NCBI GenBank assembly: GCA_963848135.1
Contig: CAWKCK010000017.1
Span: 62,001 to 126,000, forward strand
Direction: 5' to 3'
DNA length: 64,000 nucleotides
Origin: an uncultured delta proteobacterium
GTDB taxonomy: Bacteria; Desulfobacterota; Desulfobacteria; Desulfobacterales; SG8-13
A program made the position numbers and the translations under genes. Each line of letters opens with the position of its first letter. Position 1 is the first letter of the stretch. The notes under the pieces are model-generated. The model was not told where the DNA came from. It did not search any database and saw nothing but the letters and a program-made list of their open reading frames with translations. Shown here piece after piece: positions 21,081 through 32,409 of the stretch.

Positions 21081-21167
21081 TTCAGTGACCTTTTAAACGC
21101 TGTTTTCGATTTTGTTGTCACGGATGATAATCCGCCCTATTCGAACCATCTCGCCCAAAGGGACCAT

Positions 21168-21647
21168 TCAGTTGGGTTGGCAGGATTGGGCGGGCAATCC
21201 AACCGTGTTGAGCGCCTCGCACAACACCTTGGTCCCAAACGGTTTGAAAAGCCATTTATCAACCACTCCGGTAACCATGTATTGGTAAACTTCTGCTTCG
21301 CAGGCCGCTGTCATGATGACGACAATCGTGTTCGGTGATTCCTGCTTGAGCCAGGCCGACAGGCGGTACCCGTTCATCAACGGCATTTCAAAGTCTGTAA
21401 TCACCAGATCGTATTGCGAGGTCGCCAAATGGCTCATGGCGGTGATGCCGTCGTCGGCTTGCGAAACCTCATACCCGAAAGACACCAATATTTTCGTAAC
21501 CGCATCGCAAATATTGGTGTCATCGTCGACCACCAACACCCGGAAATTCGCTGGTTGATTTTCTGCGTGACGACTAAATCGCCTCTCCTGGACATCTTGT
21601 CCCATGCGCGTTGCCGAACGATCGATTTGTGCTTCATTTTTTCCCAT
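21168..21647 (-). CDS. Single-domain response regulator receiver protein
   Basis: RVLVVDDD, DLVITDFEMPLMNG, IMTA and FKPF. AGGAGG RBS before ATG 21647. Confidence 0.88.
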   Translation of the reverse strand: MGKNEAQIDRSATRMGQDVQERRFSRHAENQPANFRVLVVDDDTNICDAVTKILVSFGYEVSQADDGITAMSHLATSQYDLVITDFEMPLMNGYRLSAWLKQESPNTIVVIMTAACEAEVYQYMVTGVVDKWLFKPFGTKVLCEALNTVGLPAQSCQPN

Positions 21648-21720
21648 ATTGATGCCTCCTGCTTGAAAAGCGCGTTTACTCATTCTGGAGGTCGAAGCCA
21701 TCGTGGATCTGATGGCGGCG

Positions 21721-21951
21721 TCAATCAATAATTTCAAGCATCATGCGCTTCTTGTTTTTGGCCGCCGCGGCAGTGAGGATCGTCCGCAACGCTTCAGCTG
21801 TGCGCCCTCGCTTGCCGATGACCTGGCCCGTATCGCCGATTCCGACCTTCAACTCCAGTAAAGACGCATGATCCCCGCCAACTTCGGTAACAGCCACATA
21901 CTCCGGATGGTCCACCAAGTGCCTGGCAATAAACTCGATCAGTTCTTTCAT
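21721..21951 (-). CDS. khpA: KH-domain RNA-binding protein, KhpA (UPF0109) family
   Basis: MKELIEFIARHLVDHPE and GQVIGKRGRTAEALRTIL; 76 aa. Confidence 0.9.
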   Translation of the reverse strand: MKELIEFIARHLVDHPEYVAVTEVGGDHASLLELKVGIGDTGQVIGKRGRTAEALRTILTAAAAKNKKRMMLEIID

Positions 21952-22186
21952 GATTACCCCCTTTAACTGTAGCCCAACCGGCTTTGCCCTTATTGTCCCG
22001 AATCCGCCGACTTAACCTGTAAGCTTTTGTTCGAGAATCCGTCCCTGCTTCCAATGCAATGCTTCACTCATGTATCGGGTGAGACCGGTGAGGGATTGTT
22101 CAGGGAACTATGTAGTACTTTCGAGTTTTGTTGTGAAAATTACAAGACGGGTTGGCTATGGGCTTATTGTGGGGGTAAAACCAATA

Positions 22187-24037
22187 TCATGTAAGCGAAG
22201 TCAAGTAGGTGGCGAGGTTGATGCCTTTGTGTTTCAGGCCCAGTTTTTTGCGGATGTTGTGCCGGTGAAAATCGATGGTGCTGGTCGCCAGGCCCAACAA
22301 ATCGGCGATTTCCTTAGTGGTCCGACCCTGCCGGATAAGGTTGGCCACCTGGGTTTCCGCTGGGGAAAGCCGGACGAGTTCGACAGTTAATTTGCGGGTC
22401 AGGGGCGAGACGATGTCTTCGAGGTTTGATTCGATGACGCGAAGAAGGCCTTTTTCCTTCTGCCCAAGATTTTTGTACATCAGTTTGGACAGGTGGGGCC
22501 TCACAAGCTCATTAATATTGATCAGCAAGTTCTCTTCGAGTTCACGGCGGTCTTTGTCACGCTGTTTCAATAGCACCCTCAGAGCGGCGTTGACTTCTGC
22601 CAGGCTGGCAGACTGGACCTCCAGCTCTTGGGTTTTATCCAGCAAAGATTTTTCGGTCTCTTTTCTTATAGCGATTTGCGTTAACAGTTTCCGGTTGGCG
22701 TCCTCCAACTCTGCGGTGCGCTCTATTACACGGGTTTCCAATTGGCCGTGCGCTTTTTTAAGGGCCACACGGGCACTTACTTTGTCGGTGATATCGCGTC
22801 CGTAAAGGTTTAGATAGCCAGTTTTCGTCGCGTCCGAAAGCCCGAAAGAATAAACACTACCTGACGGTGAACACATCTCGAATTCTGATATTGACTCATT
22901 ATCCGCGGCACCTTGCACCGCCCTGAGGATCGCATCCGGCGGCGGACTGTCTTTCTTCCAACCCATGCTCTCCAGCAACACTATCGCAGCTGTGTTGGCA
23001 TAAAGCACCTCCCCGCCGGCAGAAATCCGCATCACAGGATTGGGATTTTCTTCGGGAAACCGGGCAATGCTTTTAATCTCCTCCAATACCTGTTTCTGGT
23101 CAGTAGTGTCTCGAAAGGTTATCGCCAGATGCCCTGCGCGGGGTTGAAAGGCAGATAACACATAAAACCGCCCCGTACTCCGATGGTAGTTTTCTATAAG
23201 CACAGGTTCCCCGGTCCGCACCACAGAAGCCAGTCCCTCGAACCAATGGTCTTCTGTTTCTGGCCAGATTTCTCGGATTCGTTGGCCTAAAAGTTGGTTG
23301 CGATCAATCCCTATAATTGTCTCATATGCAGAATTGACTTCCAAAAAACGCGCATCCACCAGTTCACCTTTTCGGCCTTGGATGACCTCGAAAAGTGCGG
23401 CGCCGCTGACCATCTCAGTAAACAGCAACCGGTATTTCTCCTCACTTACAGATAGAACCTCGTTGGCGTTAATCTTTTCAGTGATATCGGTAATCGCTGA
23501 CCGAAATTCATGGTTTTCGTCTGTTAGCGACGGCCTAACGATGCTTTTCAGAATAACGCTGACCTGCGTGCCGTCCTTTTTGAAGATCTTCAACTCGCAC
23601 ACGTGCTGAATGCCAGTTTCCAACACCTTCTGGCGATGCAGGTAGAACGTTCTCTGGCTTTCTTCATCGAGAAAGGCACTGAAGCCCCTTCCAATCAGGT
23701 GCCGGCGATCAATCCCCACATGATCGGCACCAGCCAGATTCACTTCGACAATCAGGCCCTTGGTATCGAAGGTAAAATATCCTACCGGTGCAAAATCGTA
23801 GAGGTCGACATATTTCTGGCGCGAGTCTTCCAGCTCGACTTGAGCGCGGCGAAGCTCCTCATTTTGAAGCTCCAGCTCGATTTGATGAACCTGCAGTTCG
23901 TGAACGAGGCGCTGCAATTCATCGCCCGAGGACACCGGAACCTTATCGGTTTTTCCTCGTAATAACTCTTCCGCCTCCTTGCGCAGGCGCGTGATGGGCT
24001 TGGATCGGTGGTGCTTCGTTTTCATGGAAAAGTCCAT
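22187..24037 (-). CDS. Multi-PAS domain LuxR-type HTH transcriptional regulator
   Basis: [17 protein letters not shown] coiled coil; three PAS-like repeats ([15 protein letters not shown]); C-terminal [25 protein letters not shown]...[10 protein letters not shown]. Confidence 0.9.
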   Translation of the reverse strand: MDFSMKTKHHRSKPITRLRKEAEELLRGKTDKVPVSSGDELQRLVHELQVHQIELELQNEELRRAQVELEDSRQKYVDLYDFAPVGYFTFDTKGLIVEVNLAGADHVGIDRRHLIGRGFSAFLDEESQRTFYLHRQKVLETGIQHVCELKIFKKDGTQVSVILKSIVRPSLTDENHEFRSAITDITEKINANEVLSVSEEKYRLLFTEMVSGAALFEVIQGRKGELVDARFLEVNSAYETIIGIDRNQLLGQRIREIWPETEDHWFEGLASVVRTGEPVLIENYHRSTGRFYVLSAFQPRAGHLAITFRDTTDQKQVLEEIKSIARFPEENPNPVMRISAGGEVLYANTAAIVLLESMGWKKDSPPPDAILRAVQGAADNESISEFEMCSPSGSVYSFGLSDATKTGYLNLYGRDITDKVSARVALKKAHGQLETRVIERTAELEDANRKLLTQIAIRKETEKSLLDKTQELEVQSASLAEVNAALRVLLKQRDKDRRELEENLLININELVRPHLSKLMYKNLGQKEKGLLRVIESNLEDIVSPLTRKLTVELVRLSPAETQVANLIRQGRTTKEIADLLGLATSTIDFHRHNIRKKLGLKHKGINLATYLTSLT

Positions 24038-24052
24038 TGTCAGTCATTAATA

Positions 24053-24241
24053 GAAGTGGTTTCAAAACCTCATCTAACACCCAATCCGCCAAAGGCGGAC
24101 AAGTTGCGGTGTTGTGCCCCTCCTTGGTCAGTGTCAGGGGGCCCTGCCCCTGTCACTGAATACATACGCTCATGTATGCGGCGTTTTTTCGCCGGCCCAC
24201 GCCTTGCACTTGGACGTGATCTAAGGTTTTGAAACCACTTC
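24053..24241. mobile_element. MITE-like element with perfect 18-bp terminal inverted repeats
   Basis: GAAGTGGTTTCAAAACCT 24053-24070 / AGGTTTTGAAACCACTTC 24224-24241; internal hairpins; no transposase. Confidence 0.7.
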
Positions 24242-24249
24242 GAATGACC

Positions 24250-27200
24250 TCAACCTTGAGGGGTCACATCTTCGAATGCCATCAGGATCAGGCTTTCTGT
24301 CTCGACCCCGCGCTCAATTTTACGGGCATTGAGCAACAATTTTTTCTGGCCGATCTTATCGAAAAAGTGTTCGACCGAAAAATCTTCCATGACAGTGCCT
24401 TCCGCAGCAACCTTTTCGAGCAGCTTCTTCAGGTCGGGAATATCCCACTGCCGTTTCTGCAGATCGAAAATTTTACGCCCGACAATGTTGCCGGAGCTGA
24501 CTTGAAATTTGGCGTAAAATGCCGGGTTGGTTGAGACAACCTTCATTTGGCTATCGAGAACGAGCATGGGCTCGCGCAGGGTCTCGATGATGCTCTCGGC
24601 ATAGGCGCATTGTTCACTCAATGCCCGATTCAATCCATCGATCCGATCGGAAGCCATCTTTTGTTCATGGATGTCCATAAATATGATCACCACGCCGTCG
24701 ATGACATTGTCGATGGTACGATAGGGAAGAATCCGCATACGAAACCAGCGACCCTCTTTGGTCTGGACTTCTATTTCTCGGTATATAAGGGTTTTGAGAA
24801 CTTCCCGGGCATCTGCCGGCAACTGGTCATAGTTGAGATTGGAGGCGATGTGGTGAAGGGGCCGTCCGATATCGGTATCGATCACGTTGATCACCTCGGT
24901 GGCCTGGGTTGTAAAACGCTTGATCTTTAGTTGCGTGTCCAGAAATATCGTCGGCACCTCGACACTATCCAGGAGATTGCGCATGTCGTTATTGGTAATT
25001 GTGAGTGCATCGATTTTCTCCTGCAACTCGGCATTGACCGTTACCAGTTCTTCGTTGAGAGACTGCTGCTCCTCCTTGGATGTTTCGAGTTCCTCGTTGG
25101 CACTCTGCAACTCTTCGTTTGTGGATTGCAGCTCCTCGTTGGTCGACTTGAGCTCCTCGTTGGAGGTCTCCAGCTCTTCGATCGTGATCTGCAGGTTCTC
25201 CTTGGTGTACTTCAACTCCTCTTCGAGAACCTCGATACGTTTGCTTGGTTTCTGACCGGTCGTTTGTTTCGCCGCGGTGCGTTTCTTTCCTGAAGCCGGC
25301 GGCGTCTCCTCGAACACCACCAGCAGCATACCGGTCGCAGCCTCTGTCAGATTCAAGGGCTTGACCGTCAAATCGATGGTCCGCCATCCGCCGTTGTCTT
25401 TGACTTTCATTCCTCTCTGGATCACGGTCTGCCTTAAATTTAACACCTTGCGTACCGCCAGGTGGAGTTCCGGCTTGAGGCCTTCCCGGGCCATTTCCAT
25501 CAAGTTCCAGCGGGCCTCTCCCGGTGCCGGCTCCAGAAAGGCGCCGGTGCGACCATGGACGTAAAGAATGTCGCCCTTTTCGTTAATGATCACACCGGGT
25601 GGAGCATAATTTTCCAACAGGATTTTTTCCGCCATCCGGGACAGGTTGAATTCTTTGGGTTTTACAGCGTTCTTGTCGGCGCCTGTTTCAATCTTTGAGG
25701 GAAAAGGAAATTCCACCGCTGTATGATACGCAACGGCGGTTTGCTTTCGCCGGAAGATTTTCCATTTTTTGTCCGTTACCTCGAAGAGATCGGCAAAACC
25801 ACCGATGGTCTCTGAGGTCCCCAGAAACATCGTGCCTCCAGGATTCAAGGCATAATGAAACAATGGCAGCAGCTTCTTTTGGATAACAGGTTCGAGATAT
25901 ATCAACAGATTGCGGCAACTGATCAGATCGAGCTTGGTGAAGGGCGGGTCCCGGATAATGTCCTGGGGGGCGAATACCAGAGTCTCGCGGATGTTCTTCT
26001 TGATGCGAAATGTGGTGTCCTGCTTTGAGAAGAAACCTCTCAAGCGTTCCTGACTGACATCCGCTGATATGCTGGCCGGGTATACACCGCTGCGGGCCAC
26101 CTCTATGGCATCAGTATCGATATCGGTCGCGAAGATCTGGACCCCTAAGTTTCGACCGATCTCATGCAAGCACTCCTGAACCAGGATGCCTACCGAATAG
26201 GCCTCCTCTCCGGTAGAGCAACCAGGCACCCACATCCGCAATGTGTCGTTGTCCGATTTATGCTTTGACCAAATCAATCAGACATTTTTGTTTAAGGGTC
26301 TCGAAGGCTTCTGAATCCCTGAAAAAATTGGTGACGCCGATCAGAAGTTCTTTGAAAAGAAGGGAGATCTCCTGGGGGTTCGCTTGCAACAGGCGAACAT
26401 AGTCTGCTACCCGGTCGATCTGGTGCAAGCTCATACGCCGTTCGACGCGCCGGCCGATGGTGTTGGGTTTGTAAAGGCTGAAATCATGGCCCGTGTGAGA
26501 TCGCAGCAGAATGAATATTTTTTGCATGGCGGAGGGAAGCGCATCATCCGCCGGATGGTGCGCTGGAAGAGCTTTCTGTCCAACATGCTGAACATACTTA
26601 ACGAGCTGCCCGGCCATTTTCTCCGGCGGCAGGATGTAATCCACCAGGTCAGTGGCGACGGCGCTTCTGGGCATGCCGTCATATTTGGCGGACTGGGGAT
26701 CTTGAACCATGGCCATGCCCAATTCGCCCTTGACGGCCCGAAGGCCCATCGTCCCATCGGTGCCCATGCCGGTCAAGATCACCGCGATGGCCCGATCGCC
26801 GGCATCCTGGGCCAGTGTGCGTAAAAAATAGTCGATGGGCATACGGGATCCGGGATTGTTTGTCGTTTCCAACAGCTGCAGCACGCCGTGCAGTATCGCC
26901 AGATTCTTGTTTGACGGGACGATGTAAACCGTGTCGGGTTCGACAGTCATACCGTCGGCAATCTCCCGCACCGGCATCCGGCAATATTTCTGAAGTAGCT
27001 CGGGCATGATACTGATGTGGGTGGGATCCAGATGCGGAACCAGTACAAAGGCCATGCCGTTTTTTGGGGGCACATTCTTAAAAAGTTTCTGAAGCGCCTC
27101 CAATCCACCGGCCGAGGCGCCTATCCCGACGATATGGAGGTTCTCATGTTTCTTCTGAATTAACCCGGAAGGTAATCTCTGCTTTTTGGGAACCGTGCTT

Positions 27201-27256
27201 TTAACGGCGGTCTTTTCGAATTTTGAATGCGATGGTGTCTTTTTTCCGCCAGCCAT
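24250..27256 (-). CDS. CheB methylesterase-CheR methyltransferase-coiled coil-PAS fusion (CheBR); net +1 frameshift at ~26265
   Basis: CheB motifs GASAGG, PHL and TGMGTDG; CheR motifs GVTNFFRD, GCSTGEEAYS, FATDID and DLISCRNLLIY; NEELQST heptads; PAS domains. Removing one base gives ~1001 aa. Confidence 0.9.
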
Positions 27257-27641
27257 AAGGCACTCCTTTATTTTTCAAAAACGGCTGTCATTATAAAAGC
27301 TTGAGAGGAGGCGTGAGCGACGATGTGCTGATCCTTTTATGGCATGGAACCGCGTTTATTGCAACTACCCGCAAGAGGAGTATCGACTGGCGGATTAACC
27401 GAACCAACTGTATTTATTGATCCTAACCGTTCAACAGCTGACCCAAAACCAGATGAGCAGCGGATAGTGCCAACGACGATTACCCTGCCGTAGTTTTACC
27501 CTATCGAAATGATGAAATTGCCGTAAATTGTGAAATAGACTTTACATTTTCTGTCAGCTTATTACATTTAGTATAGAGCAATACAACCGATAACTTATTT
27601 AAGACACTGTTATTAAAACGGATTTAGTTTTATGGGTTTTC

Positions 27642-27657
27642 TGGCATGCAGATTGCT
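27642..27657 (+). promoter_or_regulatory. Sigma54 (RpoN) -24/-12 promoter
   Basis: TGGCAT-GCAGA-TTGCT matches TGGCAC-N5-TTGCW with exact spacing; AT-rich upstream region. Confidence 0.65.
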
Positions 27658-27667
27658 TTATATTATA

Positions 27668-27883
27668 GACAAACAAAAGCCGAATGGCTCCTAACCACAA
27701 CATCATAGATAAGAACCACGTCGTTCCGCTAAATGCGGACGCAAAGGTTACCATTTAAAAAAGGGTTTTCGGATTCATTCGGACAGCGTTTCTCGGGCGT
27801 AAGTGCATCTCACATGAAAAACTGCGCTGCGGGAAACCACAATATGAAAAAGGCAAGTCTGAGAAGGCTTGCCTTTTTCATAT
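27668..27883 (+). ncRNA. Candidate sigma54-dependent small RNA (~210 nt)
   Basis: Lies between the sigma54 motif and a strong terminator. Both flanking genes are on the minus strand; the longest ATG ORF noticed inside is 24 codons and lacks an RBS. Confidence 0.4.
27842..27883. terminator. Bidirectional rho-independent terminator
   Basis: ATATGAAAAAGGCAAGTCT-GAGA-AGGCTTGCCTTTTTCATAT: 19-bp stem with A and T tracts. Confidence 0.8.
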
Positions 27884-27931
27884 ATTGATACTTTGTTTTT
27901 CTGGAACTTCCGTTGGATGAACTTAACGTCT

Positions 27932-28961
27932 TTAATTGTTAAATTGGTATCCCAAAAGGAGCATAAATTTTGAGTCCCATTTCGATATGGCGTCAGGTGA
28001 AGGATTGTTGTTGTAGTCGTAATTATACTGAAGTGTTGTGAAAAAGCCTTTGTATAAAGGAAAGCGCAGACCTTGACGGGTGTTAATCAACCAGTTGCTC
28101 GCGTCATCGAGACTGATGTAGCCGTTACTGGTGTGGAACAGTTGCACGAATTTATTAAAGAAATACTGATCATACTGGATAATCCACTGAGCACCCGGAA
28201 AGTCGTCGTCTTCGGCCTCAATGTAATTTTCGAATATATAGGCCAAGCCGGCCGAAGCCGATAAATTCAAGCTCGTCGGATTCGAAAAACTGGTGCCCAC
28301 CGCCGGCACCAAGGGTTGTCCGAAGATCAAGGTCGGCAAACTCGTCATGCTCGAACAGGGAGCTGGCGTATAAAAACCACTTGGGCTTGATGAAGTAATC
28401 GTACATTCCGTAGCCTTTCCAGTTCGCCACGGTCGTGGTGCTGTCAGCCCGTTGCTTGTTAAATTCGCCACCAATGGTAAACCGTTGTTTTTCGGATCGC
28501 GCTATTAACTGTGCGTCTATACGGTACTGATTTGTTTCGGTGTTGCCGCTTTCACTCGTTATGCCGACGTTGGCAAGGCTTTTTATTTTTATTCGTGGTT
28601 TCGGTTCGGTATAGATGTCTTTTACTTTTGCAATGTTGATATCCGTCGGGCGTTTCTCAAACTCGGGCCTAACATCGTCAGCGGGTGACTCTCTGTAGAA
28701 AACCGTTCCCTTGCGGGTGGACCCATCGAGCAGCGTGGTTTCCATCGGTTTGTCAGTGGCCAGACGTTTCACATTTTCGGCCTGAATGGTAATCTCGCCG
28801 GCATAATCGGTCTTGAAAACAAGTTGACCCTCCTCCAACCGTACGAACTCACCGGTGATCCTGTCACCATTATCGAGGACGACTTCATCGGCGACCACAG
28901 GTTGAGTGGCTAAAACCAATGAAATAAAGACCCAACTGAAAAACTTAGGTAGTCTTCTCAT
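27932..28961 (-). CDS. DUF481/YdiY-like outer-membrane beta-barrel; net +1 frameshift at ~28270
   Basis: Signal peptide, DEVVLDNGDRITG, SGNT, EHDEFADLDLR..LGAGGGHQF and C-terminal LGYQF. ~342 aa when joined. Confidence 0.75.
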
Positions 28962-29149
28962 TTCTAAGCCCCATGGTTTGATTTAAAGTTGATTTATGGA
29001 TTGGGGAGATAGTGAATCCAAGCGGGCAGTGAGTTCATGTCTAAGTATCAACGACCTCATTAAAATGAAAACCCCATTTAACTACCCAATTACGGGGTTG
29101 TGGTCCTTCTCGGTCAGTGTCGCGGGCCCTACACCCTTGACCTGGATTT

Positions 29150-30703
29150 TCAGTGCTTGAACTCCTCCGGCACCGCCAGTCCGCTTCCCCGGCCCTTCGT
29201 CTTTCGCCATAGCGACCATGTCAGAGCAGCGATTGCCAAAACCAGCAGAACAGCGGCAATGGGGCTTTGAAGGAAAATCAGTGGATCGCCGCGCGACATC
29301 AATAGGGCCGTGCGGGTGTTGCGTTCCAGGATCGGCCCCAATATAAATGCCAGAATGAAGGGGGGAATGCTCATGCCCATTTTGCGCATGATGTATCCCA
29401 GAAAACCCAGCGCCAGAAAAATCCGCAGGTTGAAAACATTGAATTCCTCGGCATAGACACCCACCACGCAGCAGACCACCACCCCCGGGAAGAAGAGGGA
29501 ATAATTTAAGGATTTGAATATCCGCTGAACCACAGAAATAAATGGCAGCGCCACAACAAAGGCACCGATGAAATCGGTCAGAAGAAGCAGGACAAAGAGG
29601 CCGTAAATGATTTCCGGGTGTTCCTGCATCAGCATGGGGCCGGGGATCATACCCTGAATCATAAAAGCGCCGTACATAACGGCCGCGGCCACGCTGCCGG
29701 GTATGCCCAGAGTCACGAGGGGAATCAGAGACGATGCCGCCACGGCGTTGTTGCCGGCCTCGGGTGCGGCAATGCCCCGGGGATCGCCCTGGCCAAAGCA
29801 GGCATCACCTTTGGCCGACCGCCGGGCCTCACCATAACATACGAAGGCCGAAGTCGTGGCCCCGATGCCGGGCAGAGCCCCCAGCAAGGACCCCACCAAG
29901 GAGGATCGAATAAGATCTTTTAGACAGACTTTCAGGTCGGACCAACGCTTCTTCCAGGTGTATGGGATGGCAGGCGCAACGTCGTTTCTGGCCGCCTCCA
30001 AACTGAAATTGCCAACTTTTTCGGCCTGTATGAATACCTCGGAGAGGGCCAGAAGAGCTATTATTGTCAATACAAACGGCACACCGTTATCGAGGTCTTC
30101 GAGGCCGAAAACATAGCGCCGCGAGGCACTCATGTTGTCCAATCCGACAATCGCCAGCATCAGACCCATGGTGATTGATATAAACCCCTTCCAGATGTCC
30201 ATGCGGCTGTCGCCCAGCAAGGTAATCACGGCTGTCAGCGAAAAGAGGATCAGCGCCGCAATTTCGGCCGGGCCCAGCCTCAGGGCCACCTCGGCCAGGG
30301 GGGGTGCGGTGAAAATCAGCAACAGGTTGCTGATCGTTCCTCCGATCAATGATGCCCACAAGGCGATTTCCAGGGCGCGTTTCTGGTGCCCCTGCTTAAA
30401 CATGGGATAACTGTCCAGAGCCGTTGCGGCGGCCTCGGGCGTGCCGGGAATGTTGAACAGGGTGGCGGTGATCGACCCGGCATAGGCGCCACCTTTGTAG
30501 ACGCCCATCAACAGGGCGATGGCAAACAACGGTTCCAGTGTAAACGTGTACGGTAAAATCAGCACCATGGCCGTAACGGCCATGATGCCGGGAATCGCCC
30601 CGGCGATGATGCCGATCAGGTAGCCGATAACGATCGCAAACAAGTTCCAGGCCGATACCGCATAGCGGGCCCCTTCCCACAGATGACCGAATATTTCAAG
30701 CAT
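29150..30703 (-). CDS. tctA: Tripartite tricarboxylate transporter large permease
   Basis: GAIPG, GSITATLFNIPGTPEAAATALDSYPM, GALPGIG, APEAGNNA, LGIPGS and PFILAFILGP. Confidence 0.93.
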   Translation of the reverse strand: MLEIFGHLWEGARYAVSAWNLFAIVIGYLIGIIAGAIPGIMAVTAMVLILPYTFTLEPLFAIALLMGVYKGGAYAGSITATLFNIPGTPEAAATALDSYPMFKQGHQKRALEIALWASLIGGTISNLLLIFTAPPLAEVALRLGPAEIAALILFSLTAVITLLGDSRMDIWKGFISITMGLMLAIVGLDNMSASRRYVFGLEDLDNGVPFVLTIIALLALSEVFIQAEKVGNFSLEAARNDVAPAIPYTWKKRWSDLKVCLKDLIRSSLVGSLLGALPGIGATTSAFVCYGEARRSAKGDACFGQGDPRGIAAPEAGNNAVAASSLIPLVTLGIPGSVAAAVMYGAFMIQGMIPGPMLMQEHPEIIYGLFVLLLLTDFIGAFVVALPFISVVQRIFKSLNYSLFFPGVVVCCVVGVYAEEFNVFNLRIFLALGFLGYIMRKMGMSIPPFILAFILGPILERNTRTALLMSRGDPLIFLQSPIAAVLLVLAIAALTWSLWRKTKGRGSGLAVPEEFKH

Positions 30704-30747
30704 CGACAAACTCCAAATTTAGGTTTCCGGTACAGGTTCTGACGCGA

Positions 30748-31248
30748 TCAGGCCCCCTTTTTAAGCGTCGATCGGATCATTTCCTCCAGCGGGCCTTCCG
30801 GCAGGATAGAGTTCAGGCCGTAAAAAATAAAGTAAATCACCAGCGGCATGATCACGCTCAGGGCCAGGGTCTTGGTCCAGCTTTTTGATCCGAATACCCG
30901 CGAGGAAATGGCCAAGAACAGAAAGGTGGAGACCAGAAACCCCAGCCGTTCCAAGCTCAACACCCAGGCCCCGGTAACCAGAAGCATGATGACCGGGCGA
31001 AGCGCTGCACTCATCTTTACTGGCCGGGTGTTTTCCTGTCGATCGGTTTTGCGTGTTTCTTTTCGAAGTGCACGGATACCTTCGACCAGATAGGCCAGCG
31101 AGAAACACAGCAGCATCGTATTAATGAGATGGGGATAGACAGGCGACGTGCCTTCGGCAACCACCTGGGTGGGAATTAAGTAAATGTAATTGACGATGCA
31201 AAAACCGATGAGAAATCCGGCAACAGAGATTTCCGAACGGACGTTCAT
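30748..31248 (-). CDS. tctB: Tripartite tricarboxylate transporter small subunit
   Basis: 4-5 TM helices, LERLGFLVST and LPEGP; lies between tctC and tctA. Confidence 0.85.
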   Translation of the reverse strand: MNVRSEISVAGFLIGFCIVNYIYLIPTQVVAEGTSPVYPHLINTMLLCFSLAYLVEGIRALRKETRKTDRQENTRPVKMSAALRPVIMLLVTGAWVLSLERLGFLVSTFLFLAISSRVFGSKSWTKTLALSVIMPLVIYFIFYGLNSILPEGPLEEMIRSTLKKGA

Positions 31249-31305
31249 AACGGACCCCTCAACCACGCCGAGCAGAGAGAACCTGCTTAACTGGCACTGT
31301 TTGGG

Positions 31306-31350
31306 GAGCAATCACGCCGGACCCGTTGGGAACGGGCCGGCGTGATGCTC
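31306..31350. other. Intercistronic stem-loop between tctC and tctB
   Basis: GAGCAATCACGCCGGACCCGTT-GGG-AACGGGCCGGCGTGATGCTC with no U tract; probably an mRNA stability element. Confidence 0.5.
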
Positions 31351-31392
31351 CGGTGATAAAACGCATTTCTTCGATAGGGACTGCTCGTGATC

Positions 31393-32356
31393 TTAGAACT
31401 TCTTAAGGCCGACTTCTTTGAGTATTCCGCCCCAGATCCCCCAGTATTCGTCACACAAGGCGCGATACTTCTGGCCGTCCAAAAAGTCGATGCTTATGTA
31501 AAGTTCTTCCTTGGCTTTCTGTTGAACATCGGGCTGAGACACCGCAAATTTAATGGCCTCCTCGATTTTTTTGCGGATCGCCTCCGGCGTACCCTTGGGG
31601 AACACCGCCCCCAGGCAGGAGAACTGCGAAAAATCATAACCCATCTCCTTCAGGGTGGGCGTGTCAGGGGTCAGAGGAATTCGTTTGGCACTCATGATGG
31701 CGAGAGGTTTGAGTTTGCCGCCCTTGTAAGCCGACACCGAAGCTGTGGTCGAGGTGTTGCAGAATTCCACGTGCCCGCCCAATACCGCTGCAACGGATTT
31801 GGGATTGCCTTTGAAAGGAATCGGCTGCATTTCCAACTTTTCATTATTGGCCAGCCACGCCACGCCCAGGTGATTGGTCGTGCCCAGGCCCGGTGTGCCG
31901 TAGGTGACGTCCCGGGTTTTGACGGGCATAGGCGATCAGGTCTTTGAGGGTGTTGTGGGGGGAGTCGTTCTTGACGTAGAGGATGTAGTCATAATGCATG
32001 GGAGAGGCGATATAGACCAACTCCTTGGGATCATAAGTCAGCTTGCGCATCTGGGGAATCGTCACCAGGGTGGGCAGGTTGGCCCAGGAAAAAGTGTAAC
32101 CGTCGGGTTTGGCTTTGGCCAGCGCGGAGATGGACACGGCGCCGCCGGAACCGGGTTTGTTGACAAGCACCAGGGACCCGCCCAAATACTTCTCCATATA
32201 GGGGGCAATGGTGCGCACAAACACGTCGGTGGTTCCACCGGCGGCCAAGGGGATGTAAGCGGTGATAGGTTTCTGGGGATAGTCCGCGCCGGCAGCCGGC
32301 AGGGCAATCAGGACCATCAAGATCAGGCTGACCATCACTCCCAAAGTTTTTCTCAT
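31393..32356 (-). CDS. tctC: Tripartite tricarboxylate transporter substrate-binding protein (TctC/Bug); net +1 frameshift at ~31912
   Basis: Signal peptide, YPQKPI, AAGGTTD, VNKPGSGG, KPDGYT, TYGTPGLGTTNHL, IPFKG and PDTPTLKE. ~320 aa when joined. Confidence 0.9.
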
Positions 32357-32409
32357 GTCATTTCCTCCTTTTGTTTAACGTTAAGTTTGATGCTTTACGT
32401 GGTCGGCCA

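Noticed and set aside
25040..25230. 21-bp periodic repeats, and the 33-bp repeats at 50826-50951, as a CRISPR array
   Set aside because: They are in-frame coding repeats with no unique spacers, and no cas genes are present.
27720..27770. c-di-GMP-I riboswitch (GGACGCAAAG)
   Set aside because: The upstream GGCAAAC/GNRA P2 elements are missing and there is no downstream + strand gene.
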